The notes beneath the pieces were generated by a model, which had not been told where the DNA came from, did no database searches, and saw nothing but the letters and a program-made list of their open reading frames with translations. A DNA stretch of 64,000 bases, taken from NCBI GenBank assembly GCA_002633005.1, contig NMRA01000289.1:158792-222791 (forward strand), in the 5' to 3' direction. This document shows positions 13,200-25,346 of this stretch, piece by piece. How positions within the stretch are numbered: the first letter of the stretch is position 1; each line of letters opens with the position of its first letter. Origin of the DNA: Phoronis australis (Eukaryota > Animalia > Phoronida). The translations under genes and the position numbers were made by a program.

Positions 13200-13333
13200 C
13201 GTCCCATAAACGGAAGGAACACGACTGTGCAAAATTTCAAGGCATTTTAGAGATAAGGCAGAGGACGCCAGACGGATGGACGGAGATGACAGCAAAATGC
13301 GTCCACATAATAAATATGTGGGCGCATAATTAA
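13200..13333. mobile_element. End of a second HINE/DINE-like family
   Basis: GTGCAAAATTTCA motif, GACGGATGGACGGA microsatellite, terminal hairpin ATGCGTCCACATA-ATAAA-TATGTGGGCGCAT followed by AATTAA. Confidence 0.45.
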
Positions 13334-13407
13334 ATCAACAAAAATTAATACCATGTTGAACTCTTCTAAAGGAATATGAAGCAATTTTCTGTTTGAGAAA
13401 TATATAC

Positions 13408-13548
13408 CTGTTCAGATAATTTCTGGAACTTATTAAGAATCATGGCTGAGTAAGAAGAGGTCTGTACACCATTTTTGGCATCGATTACTGCACTATTTTC
13501 CTTCTTGTCAACCTTTCTATTAAATTCACTGCCCCATACATTTTCCAC
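13408..13548 (-). CDS. RECQL4: RECQL4 coding exon 4 (further exons not identified; gene probably continues to lower coordinates)
   Basis: ttgcag|VENVWGSEFNRKV...KLSEQ|gtatat, 141 nt; WG-x3-N matches RECQ4 (human CWGPHLNR). Confidence 0.75.
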
Positions 13549-13748
13549 CTGCAACAGATACCAATGCATACATGTCAATCGCAGCAATAAAACATACTTG
13601 CGCTACCTGAATACCACAAAATGTCTGATAAAAGAGACATGAATTGAGGAAAAAACTTACCGCAGTTCACAATGCTGAACCAATGCACATCAATAAAAGA
13701 AAAATAGCACTACTTCAATCGTATGAGCCCAAAAAAATGATAACTTAC

Positions 13749-13801
13749 CTGCATGTTATTATTTCCTTGAGTTTTCAGATGGTAGTAGCGTTTATACTCA
13801 T
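13749..13801 (-). CDS. RECQL4: RECQL4 coding exon 3
   Basis: ttttag|..(D)EYKRYYHLKTQGNNNMQ|gtaagt, phase 1 to 0; corresponds to the human LYREYRTLK segment. Confidence 0.82.
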
Positions 13802-14349
13802 CTAAAAAGTTAACATAAATATATGTTAAACTACACATATTTTCATGTTATTTGCCGAAGTTGTTGAACCAAATAAATATTTTTACGAGACTGAAGGCCT
13901 GATAAAATACTTCCTTGGCACAGAAACAGAGATTAGCAACATTCACCAAAATATATATATATATATATATATATAACACGGATCTAAGTTTTAATCCATA
14001 TCTTTCCACCAATTCCTGTGTAAAAATGTCACACGACTATACCTTTTAGATTATTGCACTGGTCCACAACAGTTATTGAAAGGGCGTATCAAGACATATG
14101 TTGTATAAAAAAAGAGTTCAAAACACCACCACAATTTTTAAAAAGACTGAAACTTCATTTCAAAAGGAACATAAATTAATGTCACCATCAAAATTTATTA
14201 AATTTCCGCCACTTTATTCATAGACTACTTGTAATCATTTCAACAGATTTTAACACGTGCTACACGTTTAAAGCTCTGCAAAGTTACAAAGGAAAGTTTA
14301 AGTATCACCACCAAGAAATTTTCAGCAATTGGATGCAAATTCCACAAAC

Positions 14350-14380
14350 CTTTAATTTCCAAACACTTGTCAATATCCTC
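14350..14380 (-). CDS. RECQL4: RECQL4 coding exon 2 (31-nt micro-exon)
   Basis: ctttttag|GAGGATATTGACAAGTGTTTGGAAATTAAAG|gtttgt = EDIDKCLEIK, phase 0 to 1; links exons 1 and 3 in frame. Confidence 0.82.
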
Positions 14381-15993
14381 CTAAAAAGACATAGAAACAC
14401 AAGAATAAAATATGAAAAGTGTGAAAAAAGGACTCATCGTTCAAGTCACACACAATGCTAATTGGGTCAAGCAAGGCTGAAGTCTTCATACTGGAATACA
14501 TCAAGTTAGGGCAGTGAGTCTTCTCATTGAAGCAATCATTGGACTCCATTCAGTCATGTGTAATTACCTTGTTTAACACGATATTCCATATATCAACATG
14601 ACATTCTAAAACTCTTCATTCGCACAAACACTCACTGAAAACCAGCCAGTTTCTAATGTTATAATCAAATGAACAGAACCACAAGAACTCACCTATCAAT
14701 GAATTCTATACGCAGACTAAAGTAAAGAATTTATAGAAAAGGGCTTGGGTCACAAACATTTGTCTGATGAGTCAACGACCGGTAATCCAACAGTATACAG
14801 CCAGACAAGCAACAGTATGCTATGAGGCTTTAGCTCAGTCCTCACTTGGGTCACAAATCCAGGACAACTAGAAAATCACATGCTTAGGGGTATATTTTAA
14901 ATGGTTGAACCTACAATAAAGCAATTCTCTATTATTATCAGTAAAATTGATGAAAATCAAAACAAGTAGATGTACAGGATTTTTTAAAGGGAATGCTCAA
15001 AAGCCTGCATTTAAGTAAGTCAAATCTACAGTTGGTTGAGCGATCTGCTGCCTGTCTGCTAAAATGAACACACTAGTCGGCTATATTTCCGACCAGTTAA
15101 TCAGTTGCCGACTCGTTTCAGACCAGTCAGACAAAAATTCATGACCAGTGTTGTGTGGTACTGCACAGCAAACTTCACAGTGAGCTTGTTACGCAGAGAT
15201 TTTATGAAGGATGAACATGTCATTTATTTAACATTTATATCACTTAAGGTATGATACACATACAGTACCACTTGGGTTAGCTACATATGTATGTACATGA
15301 GAATAATATTGTATTAGAAGTATTATGAAGCATATAGTGGCTGTTGTGAAATTAATTAAAGGTGTCACGTGACTTTAGTGAGACAATTTAATAGAAACGT
15401 TAAGTTCAAAAGAAATAATATTTAATGAAGCTCCAACATTCAAAAAACGAACGTTTACACATAATTAGTTTCGTCACTGGGTTAACCACTCTCCACGTGG
15501 CACCCCAAACTACTACTACTGAGTCAGGAGTCCATCGTATTTCACAGTCCATGCACAGCCTTTTGCGGTCAGCATTCAACCCCATCATCTTTGTCCGCAG
15601 AATGTCTCAAGTCTACTGCAGACACACACGTTCCACTTTCTGTGAACACCTTCTAACACGTCTACACTGTGTAACAGCTGGCTCTCGACTGCCGCACCCA
15701 AGTCGAACATTTGAATGCGCCCGGCCAACACAGAAGTTCATTTGCATATAAATGTCCCGACAAGTATCGCTGAACACTGATGCCGGCAACGTAACGGACT
15801 AGGTTCACAATTATCTATTTTTTGCAAAAGGTATTAGTTGTTTACTGAAATTTATTGCCTCCTATGAGTGCATAAGAAATGTATCCGCATGTTAATCTCT
15901 GACCATGTGTTTATGTTATGCTAGCAGAGTTATGTAACTTATTGACAGGAATTGGTCAACTTTGGGGTGAGCCAGTTCTGGCAACAAAGTCTA

Positions 15994-17580
15994 CACCCTA
16001 TTTCATAAAGGTAGTTTAACAAAACTAGGTTTAAGACTTAAACCTGGTCTTCCCAAACCTGGTGTAATTTTAGACCTAACTTGCATTTCACCAATGAGGT
16101 TTAAAAGTCTGAAAGCCTGGTTTTGTTAGACCAGGGAGAAGGTGTAGCAAAACCAGATTCAATGTATCCAAGTAACCCTACTGTGTTGATCTGGATTAAC
16201 CCAACAAAGAAACTATTGAAGTGCTTCAATGAAACCTTGGTCATGTAGGTATACAATGGCACACTGGAGTAGAAGCAGTGCAGACATCTGCAAAAACGGT
16301 CTAAAAGCTTTTCTCATGAAAAGAAAAATGTAATGTTTGTGCCCAACTCCCGTACGCATATTAAAGTACATGGCTTTGCTTACAATTAGCCACAATATAA
16401 TTAATGCCCAAATTTATGTCCATGTCATATTAGTGTTTATTTTTGCAGCCGAAGTGGGGGGCAGGACCCCTGTCCGGCAACAATAAATTGGGGACCAATG
16501 GAAATTGGTGACCAATGGAGGTGGAACTCAAGTCAGAAGAACCAGAAGATGCCGTCTTTAGTGCATACAGCTATGATACCTTGTTCGACCAGTTGAATTC
16601 TGAGGAATCTGAAGGACACTCTACAACACGAACTGATCTACGCATAGGCGGATCCAAGGGAGTTTGGGTCCCCCTTTTGCCCTTGATTTTAGTGATATCA
16701 AATCTATAATTTTCACATTTTTGACTTGGTCCCTTTTTAAAAAATCCTTGATCCGACCCCCCCCCTTTAACATTTGTTCTTGTGTCGTAACACTGAACAT
16801 TGAAAATAGTCCATACTCGCTCTAAAACTACGTCATAAATGCACACCACGGCATCATTCAGCTATAACACGCAATCAGGCTTTTATGCAGCGGAGGCCTT
16901 AGCACTAATGTGGAAGCCCTACAAAGGAAGCCCAATGTATCATTTGGAGGCCCACTATCAATAGGAACCTTTCAAGTTTGGATACACACATTGTAATGAT
17001 CACTAGGAAGCCTATGAAGACTCACAGTGGTGGCTCTTTTTTCAAAGCAGGAAGAAATATACAATGTATATAGTTATACAAAGTATATACAATGTTGCTA
17101 TGCTTACACTTGGTTGATAGCATTGTAAAAGTCTTGGTCTCCACAGTTGCTCACTACAGAAGGCTGTTTTGTAAACTTAGATGTAAAAACCTTGGTCTAT
17201 GCATTTTTTGTAAAAAATCTGCATGTTCGGGGGGGATTGCTGGGGGTGGTTGGTTATGCGTCGGAATCATGGACGCCCTGGAATATTTTGGACACCTTAT
17301 TTTCGAAGTCCTGGATTAAGGCCGGCGCGCAAGTCTGACATATTTAACAGTATTAAACCTGGATCTGACCAAGTCTAAGGTTAAACACTTAATACAGATC
17401 TAAGGAATATAGACCTCATTGATGATTACTGACTCAGACCAGATCTAAACTGGAGTTAACCCAGGTTTTACTAGACCACACGTCTAAAACCACCTTGATG
17501 AAATGCAGATTATCTTTAAACTCGGTCTAAGTCCAGTTTAAACCAGGTTTAACTTTAAAGCACCTTTATGAAATCGGCTG
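15994..17580. mobile_element. Non-autonomous TIR element (PIF/Harbinger-like) with subterminal AAACCTGG/GGTCTAA repeats
   Basis: Termini CACCCTATTTCATAAAGGT / ACCTTTATGAAATCGGCTG are inverted; flanks are CTA/CAA; a small GGCGGATCC-type MITE is nested at about 16643-16766. Confidence 0.6.
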
Positions 17581-17680
17581 CAATAGTCTTGTTATTATTA
17601 ATCAGAAATTACTTAAAAGTTTGTCTGTCCTTGACCACATTTGGTGAAAGCTTAGGCTGATAGTTGGAATCCTATGACAT

Positions 17681-18620
17681 TGTTCCGAGAGGTGTTTTGG
17701 AACTATAAGTAGCATTTGGAGGAAGTTTGTGGTTTTAATGTTTTGATCTAATTCGCCCACCTTTTTTCTGTTTGAGTATAAGTATACTGTTAGCTACTCA
17801 AGCAGGCATATTTTTTGACGAGAGGCAATCAGATTGCTATAGAGGTATCAGATAATTCCTGGAGAGAGGCAACCAGCTTGTTAAAGAGATATCAGATTGT
17901 CAGAATATAGTCTGACAGTGTTATTAGTTGTATTGTTTTGTTTTGTTATTCAGTTTGATTGGCATGACCCCTGAGTTAAGTACAATGATGATTTAATTTG
18001 TTTACTGCAGAATATTATGGAACTTTCTAGTAGACTGAGTTCAGTAGTGATGATGTAATTTATTTACTGCAGTATAGTGTGGAACATCTAGAAGACTCTG
18101 GCATGACAGTGATTAATGCAGTCTGGAAAATTCTAGAGACTAGTACATGTTTGTAGAATGGTTGGGTAGATTCAGGAAAGTTCTAGAATGTGCTTGAATT
18201 GATGAAAAATTCCAGAACAATGCATTAGGCTATAAATACACTAGCATGGGTTTGTGTTTGGGAGATCAAGTCAGTTTAAGAAAGTTAATCAGAATTACAG
18301 TTGAGTTGCAGTGAACAGAATTAGCAGTTACTGTGATAGTCAATAGAGAGCAAGCTATAGAGACAGCAGGTTCATGAATCAACGAGTGTAGCAGTTGCTG
18401 AACGTGTCTCAGAAGTTCATCACAAGCCAAGGCTTCGCAGCACTGGCTGGAGCATAAAAGACATTATGCCGGACGTTTTGTTTGAGTAGGCTTGTGAACG
18501 TACGGTCAAGAATAATAAAGGATTAACTCGAACCAGTCTTCAGTCAATCGTGGCACCGAAAGCTATTAGCACCGGTCTGTAACAACCTGAGCCCACCCAC
18601 ACACGGGGAAAAACGTGACA
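17681..18620 (+). mobile_element. Solo-LTR-like segment
   Basis: TGTTCCG...CGTGACA ends, TTCTAGAA-type internal repeats, TATAAATA near 18231, AATAAA near 18514. Boundaries uncertain. Confidence 0.45.
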
Positions 18621-18669
18621 TAAATATTCTTGAAGAGATGCTACTGGTTTGCTGAAAAATATCACAAGT

Positions 18670-18812
18670 TATAGAAATTGGATGGACTGAATTTCAATCC
18701 GATACATTGTAGCAGAAATTCCATGGACTGAATTCCAAAGGGATACATTGTATTTAGAATTGGATGGAATGAATTCATTTTAACATATATGATGTCCATG
18801 GACTGAACTTCA
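18670..18812. repeat. ~41-bp minisatellite, 3-4 degenerate copies
   Basis: Repeated ATGGACTGAATT..GATACATTGTA units. Confidence 0.6.
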
Positions 18813-19295
18813 TGATCGTTACGAAGCACTTCATCGAGTGAAGACTGCTTGGCAAACTGGATCGACTGATCAAGAGAAGAGGAAACTCCTCACAAGTGTA
18901 ATACTGGATCCAAGGCCGATGCCAGGAACAAGAAAACGTGGTCACAGACTAGTTAAATAATTCTTCTTTGTAAATCTTTATGATCGTTCATTTAGGGAAA
19001 TTCAAACATTTAGTCAATATACTAATTACTATATCCAAATCAAACTGTGTTGTTTCAACTGCCTTCCGGCAAGATATTCACCACGTGACACAGATATCCA
19101 CTGAACTCCTACATTCCTGCTGCTACTAATATCTGCGACATATGCTATCAGCCAATCAGACATTTCCGACTTTACCTAACTTGGTAAAATCTCAGTTCAG
19201 ATGGATTCAATTATAAATTCAAGTCGTATTGTACTATACCAAGCTTTCTAATGATCAATTCAAAGTCAAAGAACACATGTAACTAGAAAATTCAC

Positions 19296-19379
19296 CTTGT
19301 TAGGACGTCTGCCATGCTCCTTTGAAAACTTTGTTTCAAATGACTTGAGACGAGCTTTAACTGCCTTCAGCTCCTCCAT
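19296..19379 (-). CDS. RECQL4: RecQ helicase 4, first coding exon (Sld2-like N-terminus)
   Basis: MEELKAVKARLKSFETKFSKEHGRRPNK|gtgaa, 84 nt, phase 0; resembles human [28 protein letters not shown]. An acceptor (tttccag) at 19415-16 implies an upstream UTR exon. Confidence 0.88.
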
Positions 19380-21539
19380 TTTGACTCACATCAGCATCTT
19401 TTCATGGGTTACCTCTGGAAACATTTCAATTGAATTATAAAACCTAATAATTAAACCACACTTTGGCCAAATCATAGAAAGAAATTTATAAATACCAGCG
19501 CAACTACATAGATTTTCATGTTCAACGTTTCGGTTTAATCGCTAAAGCATTATCAAGACAATCAACCAACATACACTCAATAGTGAAAAACACTATTATA
19601 AGCTAACTGAAGAAACAATGAGTATACTCAAACATAGCCAGCCAGCTAGCTGTATGAAGACTATCGTCAAAATATATATTTAGTATACAGATTTGTACCA
19701 AGGCTAACTCAAACACAGCAAACTACCATAGATTCAAGGCAACAGAGCTCTGCTGCTTACAGAACGAATGAACAGCTTTTTTATCCTGAATGACCAAAGA
19801 CTCATATAGAGCTTATCTCTGTTATGACTTATGTCTACTGAATTGGCAACATGCTGATGAAAATGAAAATCAGACAATGCCTGAAAACACTGCTAAAGTG
19901 CTACCAAGGAGTGTACTAGTACAGGAGAGTTCACTCCGCCATTTTACAATTCGCCGCAATGGTTACCGGTCGAAACACTAGCGCCCCAAGCGGTGAATAA
20001 TCAACACTTAGGAGCACAGTGCGAACAATGTAAACACTGATAAATTCATACTTTAATGACATTCAACGGGCAATAAAATTACTGTGTGATTGAAAATGGT
20101 TAGAATACATAAACTAACATCCACTTACAATAGAATGAGAAAAAAATGTGTATTTTAATCAATATTAAAGTGTATTTGTTTTTATTCTCTTGAAGCTCCC
20201 TTCAAAATCCATCATTGTTTTGTTTAATGTTTGAGTTCTTAACATGGCAGTTATCGTTCCTTATAACAGTTCATACCTCCATGGACTACATAATTTGAAT
20301 GATTGCTCCTGGGGGTTCAGAGGTGAATTCCCCCCAGGTGCCAGCTAAGGGGGTACCAGGCAAAAACCAGGTGGGCGCCAAATGGGTGTTGACCCCCTCC
20401 CAGGGGGGTTACATGGGAGGATTGCTAAACAGGTAAAAACCAATGGGTATGTATGCCACATGGGTGTTGAGCCCCTCCCATCGTCACACATTTTGGATGC
20501 TCCCCTGACCATTGACAAACATGTTGCTCCCAGCTCACTGCTGGTTTCATCTCCACCCATGTTCCCTATTCAATGCACCAGGCTACTAGCAATGCAGACA
20601 ATTGTTTTGTGCAGTGGGTGTAACACAAGTGAGAAGAAGAAAGCAAGGCAATTCATCATTACCACAAAATTGTAATACAATTTTAGAGCATTCCATTATT
20701 TCTTAGACATGCCAGTATAGGGCTCAATCCCACTCTCCCACTCACCAACAGTTACAAGTCACTTGCTAATCTATAGAATAGCTCACAACTTACAAAGTGA
20801 AGTAATATTGAGTATATCATCACTCATAACTAGTCAAAGTTCAAAATGTCATGACAAAAAATTAAGAGGTACTGAACAGCAATCAAAATATTCACTACCC
20901 ACATAGCTTCATACAAAACTGAATTAACTTGAAAAGACTTGGATGATAAAACCAAAATTTTATTTTATATGCCCACTGTTCAATAACAGTAAATATTTCA
21001 GATAAGTTAAAGCCAGACCACAAGATCATATCTGATACCTAGCCACAACTGGAGCTTAAGTTAATCACAGTCTCCAAAAACGTACAAAATAGGCAACACA
21101 TACACCAACCAATACAACAAGAAAATCTGACCAATCTTGTCACTCTCTATTAATTCACTAGTAAAAACAGCACTTTTCGCCACAGAAATGCGTTACAAAT
21201 AAAGCTGAAAACTAATTTACTCACAGAGGTGTTTGTCATAGAGAAGCCAAATGATATGGATAGCTTGGGTTTAACAAAATTTCAGCCCACCATTCAGACC
21301 CTGAATGATCCATCAGTTTCACTTTGGCTCTCTCCAAATCACAGGCTAACCATACATAAAATGCTTCAGTCTGATCAACCTTAGTAAAATACGAAAACCA
21401 GATTTTGACTAATTGTCCTTTCTTCACGTGATGTTCCAGTACTTGCTTTGAGAGACGATAATCAGAAATGCAAAAAAGCCTATTCCAGAGCTGTAATATA
21501 ATTTCCGGAGAACTTTTTGACCCTGACATCTTCATTTTT

Positions 21540-24088
21540 GGTAGATTCGGGACATCTAATATTTTTCGTGCACTGCAGTCAATACCAGCTTGTTCTTCAT
21601 TCATGAACATGGACTCCTCGAAGTGATGAGAGCATAACCTGCAGTTCTTGGACAAATAGGCAGCACCTCTATTCATAAGGTCAGCTCCCAGCACTTGCAC
21701 CTGAACAGAAGTCAATGACTGAAAGACTCAGGAACAAATCTCATACTCACAGTTCACAGAAAACTGGTAGCCTACACTAAAGTACACTACACAACAGAAT
21801 TCCTGTCGTAATGTGATTGTGAGAGACAAAAGCGTTTTGGTGTCAAATGAAAAAACTCGGGACTCAAATGTCGATCCACGGATATTTTAACAGGGCCGCG
21901 CCCCCGCATCATTGATGCATAGAATTAAAAGGGAACTGTATTTTATTCTGAATAAATTCTGGATAGTTTTCTATGAATTGTTGATTAATTTCACAAATAA
22001 TTCAACACCAAAAATTAAACTTATGTTCTCTAACGAAGCTCAAAAAATTACCGGCTTGGAGCGCTGCTTAGTCTCGTGACGTATTTGGCGGGGGCAAAGT
22101 CACTGTCCTGTGTTAGCGTGCAATCAAGTAGCGTTTTTTATATTGTCGGAATAAGAAATTTTAGTGTGAAATTTCGGGTCACAAGGGATACCTGTTTGAG
22201 CCAAGGCAACACAAAGTGATACCTAGTCATCGTCATCGTCAGACGAAAATTTGCCGGTGTAACTGGTGTCAGTGACTGTGCCGAGGGCAATGTGGACTCT
22301 AGCCATCCAGTCAGCCAGTTGTCAGCCAATACTCCGGCAGCTCTGTAAACTTGAAGGGTTGGTAAGTTACCGACTGTACCTGTATGAAGACTATCGTACC
22401 ACTATGTGTTGAGCTCCGTTAACCCCGAAATTTCAGACAGCCGTTGACTACCCGGGTATAGTTGACTCAGTTATGCTCGTCACCTCGTCGTAAAACTTAG
22501 GCTACATCAACATATAAAGCTAACGGACCGGCGGGGGCGCATGCAAAATCTGATATAGTCACCCGACACTTCCATTGTTCGTTGCAGCCGTTTAAGTTGA
22601 AAACAATCAAATAAAAGTCCTTTGGTAGCATAATTTGCCGCCTTTTCAACAAAGAAGTGTGTTGTCCGTTTCAAGAACAGTACGCTCGTGACTGACACGG
22701 CGCACGCGCCATTTCATAAAAATTTGAGACGTCTTTCGGGACATCATAACAGCTTCGCAGCACCAAGGTTGTTCTAAAATTCGGTTTGCTGGTGTAAAAA
22801 TACTAAAAACTTGAAACAAAATGAAACAAGCTCCGATAATTTGTTATAACAACTACGCAATCTAGGTACCGTCAGCGACGAACTCATGATAAAAGAATCA
22901 GGGGGAAAAGAAAGTGGTAAAGGTCAGGTGATGTAATCGCAAAAAGCCGACTCAAGAAAACACATCACAGTTTTACTAGCACCAGCCGATGAACGATCGC
23001 TAACATTTCCAACACCGGTAAATACAGAAGTTAGTTTACTCTAGGAACCTGTTTCCTAGGTTTACTCAAGGATGACTTAGTTTTAATGACATTTATTTGA
23101 GTCAGATTTTATTTGCACAGTTTTTACCCATATCGGCTTAAACCTGTAGGCCTATATCTAGCATACACTGAGCTTTGGGCCAAGGCTTGGGTAACCCGGC
23201 GATGGTATGCGATGACCATCTCTTTAGAAGACGCCTTTTTCGAAGAGTTTGAGCGACCAGGTGCCATACAAAAACGCATAGCGAACCTTTTACAGCACTG
23301 TGGCAAACAATAAAAAAATAAAGACGATTGATACAATGACAAATTACGATGTAAACTCTTCAAATATGACATAAGCAATGAATGTGCAAAGCAGCCGATA
23401 CCCCGCCGTTCACGTCACTGACACATCAGCCAATCAGCGATCGCTTTCAGAATTCAGTGTTTTGACCATGAATACGAATTGGCTTTTGTTTGGCACGCAA
23501 GTCAGGCAAATGTGAGTTTTATTTGTATGTTAGAACCGATTAACTGCAACATTATTTTGACTACAGTCCCCTTTTAAGTTTTCAATGGCGCACTGCTTAC
23601 GGTAACTTAATTGGTCCAACTGGCACATTAAAATTATGTTGATTTTTTCACCTTTTCACCGAGACCACAGATTATCTAACTTGACTCATGACAGACTAGT
23701 GGCCCTGTGGCTGTGATTGTGCCATGGCCGTATCACCCCATGGCCATGGGCATGGGTATGTTTTCCTAAAATTATATGCAATCGTACGGGTGACATTTTG
23801 ATTTGGAATTCATGGACTGCAAGTATCCAAAAAGCTGACGATCACATCGTACGTTCATCATAGTCCTTCCGCCTAGCCTACACTGCAAACAGTGGCAACA
23901 GGACTGCGATCGACTTGTCTAACAACCATGAACAGAACACACAAAATGAAAGACAATGTATCACATTATTGAATAACAGATAATCCTTACCTTTATGGAT
24001 CCTTAGGAAACCCAAAAAATGACACGTCTGGGGTTTTCGTGGGCGAATTCATGCAATTCATTGCACTACGAAATGCGTCCTTCCCCAT
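21540..24088 (-). pseudogene. Spliced THAP domain of the P-element transposase (exon 24088-23991, exon from 21700)
   Basis: MGKDAFRSAMNCMN..VSFFGFPKDP*R|CKCW..[frameshift]..LSKNCRLCSHHFEESMF..DVPNLP, with gtaag donor and ttcag acceptor; first Cys lost and a premature stop. Confidence 0.75.
21929..23573. mobile_element. TTAA-flanked non-autonomous TIR element (Kolobok-like) nested in the P-element intron
   Basis: TTAA|AAGGGAACTGTA ... TACAGTCCCCTT|TTAA; internal GYLFEP codons near 22185. Confidence 0.65.
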
Positions 24089-24599
24089 TGTTTTGGCACT
24101 TCCTGGTTGACAGTTGCTTAGTCACCACTTGGTGGCGCTAGCTTTAACAGCGAACTCACAAGTGAACTCTCCTATACTACTACACTCCTTGGTGCTACCC
24201 TAATGATAATCTATCACTATCACCTAGCTAACTAATCTCCTCTGAGTGAGACCAACGTAAAATCATTACTTCTTCTTCTTCTTGGTTTAAGTGACCACAC
24301 TCACACATTAGAACTAATACTATTATTAGCTACATTACGCTGTGTCGTCCACAGGCACCTGCAGATCGAATTGCCTATAGCCTCTACATCGCCTCTGCTT
24401 CGGGCCAACAGAGGCGATGGTCATTGCCTAGGTAAAACAAAGCCAAAAGCAAAACTGACAAAAGGCGCGACTTGACCCCTGCTCTGTATGCTTAAGTTTA
24501 TCCTCCCCTCCTGAGTCAGGGGACAGTGGCTGTGCGATGAAAAAAAAAACAATTGTTTTGAAACTCGTGCCACTGGTACCAAATGCAGAAAATAGGAAA

Positions 24600-24783
24600 T
24601 GAATAGGAGTTCCAACCTGTCTCAACTTTGTCATTCCCGCCATTCTTGTGTTGCGGAAGTGCTAAACTGTTAGTGCTATCTGGCGAGATTACAAGTTCTC
24701 GCACAGCAGCGCCACCTTTGTAGGTCAAAGTGCGACGTCGGAAGATAAGCTACGACGAGTCGAGTGTGTCGGTACGTGTAAGT
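24600..24783. promoter_or_regulatory. Putative bidirectional promoter (RECQL4 / dehalogenase-like gene)
   Basis: CpG-enriched segment outside recognised transposons; E2F-like TTCCCGCC (24634-24641), ETS-like GCGGAAGTG (24653-24661), candidate donors on both strands (plus gtaagt at 24778; minus CAG|gttgga near 24616). Confidence 0.35.
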
Positions 24784-25346
24784 AATATTTTATTCTATAG
24801 AATAAGTGTCACCGGTTACCCACAATCGAGTATCGAGTGCGTTTTCATCTGTTTGCCACAGCGTACAAATTTTTAGTGTACACTGGCTTGCCTAACCGCT
24901 GAACGAAGGCGGCGTCCGAGGTCTTGGTCCACGGCTGCGACTGGCCAAGCGACGGGGCAGAAACGTCAGTTGCATTATGAAAATCTGCATCGTCATTGCA
25001 GTTCACTGATAACAAGTTCATTATTCATTTCTGTTAGTTCCTAATATCGAGACGGTTTATATCTTAAAGATAGCTGCACTCATTCAGCTCCTCTATCTCT
25101 CACGGTAGAGGTCGGGTCACGATCGGGACCTATAAGTACATGTAGGCCATTTTCACGAAAGACGTCGCTCTAGTCGCTTAGCGACACGCAGTGTTGGCTT
25201 ACGTAGTAAATGCATGTAGGCTGATGACTGGTGTACTGCCATCACGTGAATCTTTGCCGGCCGGAGCTGGGTCTCAAGGCGTCTGTAGCATTTTTTACCG
25301 ATTATCAAGATCGGGGTCTAAATTTAATGTCTATCATGAAACAAGA

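Larger units (their letters stand above)
19905..24191 (-). mobile_element. P-element superfamily transposon derivative (4.3 kb)
   Basis: 30-bp TIRs CAAGGAGTGTAcTAGTAcAGGAGAGTTCAC, exact 7-bp TSD GTGCTAC (19898-19904, 24192-24198), CA..TG termini, spliced THAP remnant inside. Confidence 0.85.
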
